Virus record (IMG/VR): IMGVR_UViG_2778260991_000002
Span: 1 to 22,668 of that record
DNA from: a virus
Taxonomy: Duplodnaviria; Heunggongvirae; Uroviricota; Caudoviricetes
Strand: one strand, 5' to 3'
Length of the DNA: 22,668 bases
Shown here: piece after piece, positions 17,225-22,668 of the stretch
Layout of the letters: every line of letters starts with the position of its first letter
Numbering within the stretch: the stretch's first letter is position 1
Notes under the pieces: model-generated
Database searches by the model: none
What the model was told of the DNA's origin: nothing
The model's input: the letters and a program-made list of their open reading frames with translations, nothing else
Translations under genes and position numbers: made by a program

Positions 17225-19766
17225 ACCGGTAGGCGATCTGGTCGTTGATTTGAGTCTGGATGCGGCCAGATTTGACGAGCAGATGGTCAGAGTCAGGCGT
17301 CATTTTTCCGGTACGGAAAGTGATGCGAAAAAAACAGCGGCAGTCGTTGAACAGTCAATGAACCGGCAGGCGCTGGCTGCACAGAAAGCGGGGATTTCCG
17401 TCGGACAGTATAAAGCCGCCATGCGTATGCTTCCTGCACAGTTCACCGACGTGGCCACGCAGCTTGCAGGCGGGCAAAGTCCGTGGCTGATCCTGCTGCA
17501 ACAGGGTGGTCAGGTTAAGGACTCCTTCGGCGGGATGATCCCCATGTTCAGGGGGCTTGCCGGTGCGATCACCCTGCCGATGGTCGGGGCCACCTCGCTG
17601 GCGGTGGCGACCGGTGCGCTGGCGTATGCCTGGTATCAGGGCAACTCAACCCTGTCCGATTTCAACAAAACGCTGGTCCTTTCCGGCAATCAGTCGGGTC
17701 TGACGGCAGATCGCATGCTGGTCCTGTCCAGAGCCGGGCAGGCGGCAGGGCTGACGTTTAACCAGACCAGCGAGTCACTCAGCGCACTGGTTAAGGCGGG
17801 AGTAAGCGGTGAGGCTCAGATTGCATCCATCAGCCAGAGTGTGGCGCGTTTCTCCTCTGCATCCGGCGTGGAGGTGGACAAGGTCGCTGAAGCCTTCGGG
17901 AAGCTGACCACAGACCCGACGTCGGGGCTGACGGCGATGGCACGCCAGTTCCATAACGTGACGGCGGAGCAGATTGCGTATGTTGCTCAGTTGCAGCGTT
18001 CCGGCGATGAAGCCGGGGCATTGCAGGCGGCGAACGAGGCCGCAACGAAAGGGTTTGATGACCAGACCCGCCGCCTGAAAGAGAACATGGGCACGCTGGA
18101 GACATGGGCAGACAGGACAGCGCGGGCATTCAAATCCATGTGGGATGCGGTGCTGGATATTGGTCGTCCTGATACCGCGCAGGAGATGCTGATTAAGGCA
18201 GAGGCTGCGTTTAAGAAAGCAGACGACATCTGGAATCTGCGCAAGGATGATTATTTTGTTAACGATGAAGCGCGGGCGCGTTACTGGGATGATCGTGAAA
18301 AGGCCCGTCTTGCGCTTGAAGCCGCCCGAAAGAAGGCTGAGCAGCAGACTCAACAGGACAAAAATGCGCAGCAGCAGAGCGATACCGAAGCGTCACGGCT
18401 GAAATATACCGAAGAGGCGCAGAAGGCTTACGAACGCCTGCAGCCGCCGCTGGAGAAATATACCGCCCGTCAGGAAGAACTGAATAAGGCACTGAAAGAC
18501 GGGAAAATTCTGCAGGCAGATTACAACACGCTGATGGCGGCGGCGAAAAAGGATTATGAAGCGACGCTGAAAAAGCCGAAACAGTCCGGCGTGAAGGTGT
18601 CTGCGGGCGATCGTCAGGAAGACAGTGCTCATGCTGCCCTGCTGACGCTTCAGGCTGAACTCCGGACGCTGGAGAAGCATGCCGGAGCAAATGAGAAAAT
18701 CAGCCAGCAGCGCCGGGATTTGTGGAAGGCGGAGAGTCAGTTCGCGGTACTGGAGGAGGCGGCGCAACGTCGCCAGCTGTCTGCACAGGAGAAATCCCTG
18801 CTGGCGCATAAAGATGAGACGCTGGAGTACAAACGCCAGCTGGCTGCACTTGGCGACAAGGTTACGTATCAGGAGCGCCTGAACGCGCTGGCGCAGCAGG
18901 CGGATAAATTCGCACAGCAGCAACGGGCAAAACGGGCCGCCATTGATGCGAAAAGCCGGGGGCTGACTGACCGGCAGGCAGAACGGGAAGCCACGGAACA
19001 GCGCCTGAAGGAACAGTATGGCGATAATCCGCTGGCGCTGAATAACGTCATGTCAGAGCAGAAAAAGACCTGGGCGGCTGAAGACCAGCTTCGCGGGAGC
19101 TGGATGGCAGGCCTGAAGTCCGGCTGGAGTGAGTGGGAAGAGAGCGCCACGGACAGTATGTCGCAGGTAAAAAGTGCAGCCACGCAGACCTTTGATGGTA
19201 TTGCACAGAATATGGCAGCGATGCTGACCGGCAGTGAGCAGAACTGGCGCAGCTTCACCCGTTCCGTGCTGTCCATGATGACAGAAATTCTGCTTAAGCA
19301 GGCAATGGTGGGGATTGTCGGAAGTATAGGCAGCGCCATTGGCGGCGGCGCATCAGCGTCAGGCGGCACAGCCATTCAGGCCGCTGCGGCGAAATTCCAT
19401 TTTGCAACCGGAGGATTTACGGGAACCGGCGGCAAATATGAGCCAGCGGGGATTGTTCACCGTGGTGAATTTGTCTTCACGAAGGAGGCAACCAGCCGGA
19501 TTGGCGTGGGAAATCTCTACCGGCTGATGCGCGGCTATGCCACCGGCGGTTATGTCGGTACACCGGGCAGCATGGCGGACAGCCGCTCGCAGGCGTCCGG
19601 GACGTTTGAGCAGAATAACCATGTGGTGATTAACAACGACGGCACGAACGGTCAGATAGGGCCACAGGCGCTGAAGGCGGTTTATGACGTAGCCCGTAAG
19701 GCGGCAATGGATGTTGTGACCGGGCAGATGCGCGATGGTGGTCTGTTCTCCGGAGGTGGACGATGA
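17217..19766 (+). CDS. H: Tail tape measure protein H
   Basis: 849 aa, near-identical to lambda gpH (MAEPVGDLVVDLSLDAARFDEQM...). Appears about 4 aa shorter than my recollection of lambda H (853 aa), within a glycine-rich stretch. Confidence 0.97.
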   Translation: MAEPVGDLVVDLSLDAARFDEQMVRVRRHFSGTESDAKKTAAVVEQSMNRQALAAQKAGISVGQYKAAMRMLPAQFTDVATQLAGGQSPWLILLQQGGQVKDSFGGMIPMFRGLAGAITLPMVGATSLAVATGALAYAWYQGNSTLSDFNKTLVLSGNQSGLTADRMLVLSRAGQAAGLTFNQTSESLSALVKAGVSGEAQIASISQSVARFSSASGVEVDKVAEAFGKLTTDPTSGLTAMARQFHNVTAEQIAYVAQLQRSGDEAGALQAANEAATKGFDDQTRRLKENMGTLETWADRTARAFKSMWDAVLDIGRPDTAQEMLIKAEAAFKKADDIWNLRKDDYFVNDEARARYWDDREKARLALEAARKKAEQQTQQDKNAQQQSDTEASRLKYTEEAQKAYERLQPPLEKYTARQEELNKALKDGKILQADYNTLMAAAKKDYEATLKKPKQSGVKVSAGDRQEDSAHAALLTLQAELRTLEKHAGANEKISQQRRDLWKAESQFAVLEEAAQRRQLSAQEKSLLAHKDETLEYKRQLAALGDKVTYQERLNALAQQADKFAQQQRAKRAAIDAKSRGLTDRQAEREATEQRLKEQYGDNPLALNNVMSEQKKTWAAEDQLRGSWMAGLKSGWSEWEESATDSMSQVKSAATQTFDGIAQNMAAMLTGSEQNWRSFTRSVLSMMTEILLKQAMVGIVGSIGSAIGGGASASGGTAIQAAAAKFHFATGGFTGTGGKYEPAGIVHRGEFVFTKEATSRIGVGNLYRLMRGYATGGYVGTPGSMADSRSQASGTFEQNNHVVINNDGTNGQIGPQALKAVYDVARKAAMDVVTGQMRDGGLFSGGGR

Positions 19767-20092
19767 AAACCTTCCGCTGGAAAGTGAAACCCGGTATGGA
19801 TGTGGCTTCGGCCCCTTCCGTAAGAAAGGTGCGCTTTGGTGATGGCTATTCCCAGCGAGCGCCTGCCGGGCTGAATGCCGACCTGAAAACGTACAGCGTG
19901 ACGCTTTCTGTTCCCCGTTGGGAGGCCACGGCGCTTGAGTCGTTTCTGGCTGAGCACGGGGGCTGGAAATCCTTTCTGTGGACGCCGCCTTATGAGTGGC
20001 GGCAGATAAAGGTGACCTGCGCAAAATGGTCGTCGCGGGTCAGTATGCTGCGTGTTGAGTTCAGCGCAGAGTTTGAACAGGTGGTGAACTGA
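19763..20092 (+). CDS. M: Tail tip protein M
   Basis: 109 aa, near-identical to lambda gpM (MKTFRWKVKPGMDVAS...). ATGA overlap with the H stop. Confidence 0.95.
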   Translation: MKTFRWKVKPGMDVASAPSVRKVRFGDGYSQRAPAGLNADLKTYSVTLSVPRWEATALESFLAEHGGWKSFLWTPPYEWRQIKVTCAKWSSRVSMLRVEFSAEFEQVVN

Positions 20093-20790
20093 TGCAGGAT
20101 ATCCGGCAGGAAACACTGAATGAATGCACCCGTGCGGAGCAGTCGGCCAGCGTGGTGCTCTGGGAAATCGACCTGACAGAGGTCGGTGGAGAACGTTATT
20201 TTTTCTGTAATGAGCAGAACGAAAAAGGTGAGCCGGTCACCTGGCAGGGGCGACAGTATCAGCCGTATCCCATTCAGGGGAGCGGTTTTGAACTGAATGG
20301 CAAAGGCACCAGTACGCGCCCCACGCTGACGGTTTCTAACCTGTACGGTATGGTCACCGGGATGGCGGAAGATATGCAGAGTCTGGTCGGCGGAACGGTG
20401 GTCCGGCGTAAGGTTTACGCCCGTTTTCTGGATGCGGTGAACTTCGTCAACGGAAACAGTTACGCCGATCCGGAGCAGGAGGTGATCAGCCGCTGGCGCA
20501 TTGAGCAGTGCAGCGAACTGAGCGCGGTGAGTGCCTCTTTTGTACTGTCCACGCCGACGGAAACGGACGGCGCTGTTTTTCCGGGACGTATCATGCTGGC
20601 CAACACCTGCACCTGGACCTATCGCGGCGATGAGTGCGGTTATCACGGTCCGGCGATCGCGGATGAATATGACCAGCCAACGTCCGATATCACGAAGGAT
20701 AAATGCAGCAAATGCCTGAGCGGCTGTAAGTTCCGCAATAACGTCGGCAACTTTGGCGGCTTCCTTTCCATTAACAAACTTTCGCAGTAA
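20092..20790 (+). CDS. L: Tail tip protein L
   Basis: 232 aa, near-identical to lambda gpL (MQDIRQETLNECTRAEQSASVVLWEIDLTEVGGERYFFCNEQ...), with the C-terminal cysteine cluster. TGATG overlap with the M stop. Confidence 0.95.
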   Translation: MQDIRQETLNECTRAEQSASVVLWEIDLTEVGGERYFFCNEQNEKGEPVTWQGRQYQPYPIQGSGFELNGKGTSTRPTLTVSNLYGMVTGMAEDMQSLVGGTVVRRKVYARFLDAVNFVNGNSYADPEQEVISRWRIEQCSELSAVSASFVLSTPTETDGAVFPGRIMLANTCTWTYRGDECGYHGPAIADEYDQPTSDITKDKCSKCLSGCKFRNNVGNFGGFLSINKLSQ

Positions 20791-20795
20791 ATCCC

Positions 20796-21539
20796 ATGAC
20801 ACAGACAGAATCAGCGATTCTGGCGCACGCCCGGCGATGTGCGCCAGCGGAGTCGTGCGGCTTCGTGGTAAGCACGCCGGAGGGGGAAAGATATTTCCCC
20901 TGCGTGAATATCTCCGGTGAGCCGGAGGCGTATTTCCGTATGTCGCCGGAAGACTGGCTGCAGGCAGAAATGCAGGGTGAGATTGTGGCGCTGGTCCACA
21001 GCCACCCCGGTGGTCTGCCCTGGCTGAGTGAGGCCGACCGGCGGCTGCAGGTGCAGAGTGATTTGCCGTGGTGGCTGGTCTGCCGGGGGACGATTCATAA
21101 GTTCCGCTGTGTGCCGCATCTCACCGGGCGGCGCTTTGAGCACGGTGTGACGGACTGTTACACACTGTTCCGGGATGCTTATCATCTGGCGGGGATTGAG
21201 ATGCCGGACTTTTATCGTGAGGATGACTGGTGGCGTAACGGCCAGAATCTCTATCTGGATAATCTGGAGGCGACGGGGCTGTATCAGGTGCCGTTGTCAG
21301 CGGCACAGCCGGGCGATGTGCTGCTGTGCTGTTTTGGTTCATCAGTGCCGAATCACGCCGCAATTTACTGCGGCGACGGCGAGCTGCTGCACCATATTCC
21401 TGAACAACTGAGCAAACGAGAGAGGTACACCGACAAATGGCAGCGACGCACACACTCCCTCTGGCGTCACCGGGCATGGCGCGCATCTGCCTTTACGGGG
21501 ATTTACAACGATTTGGTCGCCGCATCGACCTTCGTGTGA
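20796..21539 (+). CDS. K: Tail tip assembly protein K, long form (247 aa) with an N-terminal MPN/JAMM-like motif and a C-terminal NlpC/P60-like region
   Basis: Full ORF from ATG 20796. Contains HSHPGGLPWLSEAD (JAMM-type HxH...S..D pattern) and a downstream Cys/His-containing segment (…GVTDCYTLF…HAAIYCG…). The 3' end overlaps the I start by about 100 nt in another frame, as in lambda. Confidence 0.88.
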   Translation: MTQTESAILAHARRCAPAESCGFVVSTPEGERYFPCVNISGEPEAYFRMSPEDWLQAEMQGEIVALVHSHPGGLPWLSEADRRLQVQSDLPWWLVCRGTIHKFRCVPHLTGRRFEHGVTDCYTLFRDAYHLAGIEMPDFYREDDWWRNGQNLYLDNLEATGLYQVPLSAAQPGDVLLCCFGSSVPNHAAIYCGDGELLHHIPEQLSKRERYTDKWQRRTHSLWRHRAWRASAFTGIYNDLVAASTFV

Positions 21540-22108
21540 AAACGGGGGCTGAAGCCATCCGGGCACTGGCCACACAGCTCCCGGCGTTTCGTCAGAAACT
21601 GAGCGACGGCTGGTATCAGGTACGGATTGCCGGGCGGGACGTCAGCACGTCCGGGTTAACGGCGCAGTTACATGAGACTCTGCCTGATGGCGCTGTGATT
21701 CATATTGTTCCCAGAGTCGCCGGGGCCAAGTCAGGTGGCGTATTCCAGATTGTCCTGGGGGCTGCCGCCATTGCCGGATCATTCTTTACCGCCGGAGCCA
21801 CCCTTGCAGCATGGGGGGCAGCCATTGGGACCGGTGGTATGACCGGCATCTTGTTTTCTCTCGGTGCCAGTATGGTGCTCGGTGGTGTGGCGCAGATGCT
21901 GGCACCGAAAGCCAGAACTCCCCGTACACAGACAACGGATAACGGTAAGCAGAACACCTATTTCTCCTCACTGGATAACATGGTTGCCCAGGGCAATGTT
22001 CTGCCTGTTCTGTACGGGGAAATGCGCGTGGGGTCTCGCGTGGTTTCTCAGGAGATCAGCACGGCAGACGAAGGGGACGGTGGTCAGGTTGTGGTGATTG
22101 GTCGCTGA
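21437..22108 (+). CDS. I: Tail tip assembly protein I
   Basis: 223 aa, near-identical to lambda gpI (MAATHTLPLASPGMARICLYGDLQRFGRRIDLRVKTGAEAIRALATQLPAFRQ...). Confidence 0.95.
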   Translation: MAATHTLPLASPGMARICLYGDLQRFGRRIDLRVKTGAEAIRALATQLPAFRQKLSDGWYQVRIAGRDVSTSGLTAQLHETLPDGAVIHIVPRVAGAKSGGVFQIVLGAAAIAGSFFTAGATLAAWGAAIGTGGMTGILFSLGASMVLGGVAQMLAPKARTPRTQTTDNGKQNTYFSSLDNMVAQGNVLPVLYGEMRVGSRVVSQEISTADEGDGGQVVVIGR

Positions 22109-22126
22109 TGCAAAATGTTTTATGTG

Positions 22127-22147
22127 AAACCGCCTGCGGGCGGTTTT
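22127..22147 (+). terminator. Terminator-like stem-loop in the I-J intergenic region
   Basis: AAACCGCC (22127-22134) / GGCGGTTT (22139-22146) with loop TGCG, followed by T. Lies between the I stop (22108) and the J start (22169). Confidence 0.45.
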
Positions 22148-22168
22148 GTCATTTATGGAGCGTGAGGA

Positions 22169-22668
22169 ATGGGTAAAGGCAGCAGTAAGGGGCATACCCC
22201 GCGCGAAGCGAAGGACAACCTGAAGTCCACGCAGCTGCTGAGTGTGATCGATGCCATCAGCGAAGGGCCGGTTGAAGGTCCGGTGGATGGATTAAAAAGC
22301 GTGCTGCTGAACAGTACGCCGGTGCTGGACACTGAGGGGAATACCAACATCTCCGGTGTCACGGTGGTGTTCCGTGCCGGTGAGCAGGAGCAGACACCGC
22401 CGGAGGGGTTTGAATCCTCCGGCTCCGAGACGGTGCTGGGTACGGAAGTGAAATATGACACGCCGATCACCCGCACCATTACGTCTGCAAACATCGACCG
22501 TCTGCGCTTTACCTTCGGCGTGCAGGCACTGGTGGAAACCACCTCAAAGGGGGACCGGAATCCGTCGGAAGTCCGCCTGCTGGTTCAGATCCAGCGTAAT
22601 GGTGGCTGGGTGACGGAAAAAGACATCACCATTAAGGGCAAAACCACCTCGCAGTATCTGGCCTCGGT
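22169..22668 (+). CDS. J: Tail fibre/host-specificity protein J, N-terminal part (continues beyond window)
   Basis: ATG at 22169 with SD GAGGA upstream; MGKGSSKGHTPREAKDNLKSTQLLSVIDAISEGPVEGPVDGLKSVLLNSTPVLDTEGNTNISGV... matches the lambda gpJ N-terminus. Open to the window end. Confidence 0.95.
   Translation, partial: MGKGSSKGHTPREAKDNLKSTQLLSVIDAISEGPVEGPVDGLKSVLLNSTPVLDTEGNTNISGVTVVFRAGEQEQTPPEGFESSGSETVLGTEVKYDTPITRTITSANIDRLRFTFGVQALVETTSKGDRNPSEVRLLVQIQRNGGWVTEKDITIKGKTTSQYLAS

Noticed and set aside
21437-21539. K-I overlap as a possible stop-codon loss or gene fusion
   Set aside because: The I start sits in a different frame about 100 nt before the K stop, which is the arrangement I recall in lambda (K and I overlap there too). 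It is not a disruption.

Overview
This window is the late region of a lambda-like (lambdoid) prophage, most likely from E. coli or a close enterobacterial relative, read across the internal cos site. It runs from the 3' end of an upstream gene through a QuuD/phage-82-type antiterminator Q, a ~4 kb accessory (moron) island, the lysis cassette (holin, R, Rz with embedded Rz1), cos, and a head/tail morphogenesis module that is near-identical in order and protein sequence to phage lambda (Nu1, A, W, B, C/Nu3, D, E, FI, FII, Z, U, V, G/G-T, H, M, L, K, I, start of J). All identifications are from my own reading and recall of lambda proteins; no database search was run. The most interesting part is the island between Q and the holin, the position where Stx phages carry stx. 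It holds an AT-rich, opposite-strand KAP-family P-loop NTPase (the PifA family), a small winged-helix protein with a beta-class DNA methyltransferase, and a convergent pair of unknown genes whose stop codons overlap. I flag these as candidate phage-borne defence or anti-restriction cargo; the KAP gene is the best single candidate for an undescribed system, but function is inferred, not shown. Other points worth checking are a cosN overhang that differs from lambda at 4 of 12 positions, terminator-like hairpins on both sides of the major capsid gene E, and a non-lambda holin joined to lambda-type R/Rz/Rz1. No tRNA, rRNA, CRISPR array, integrase or att site was found in the window.
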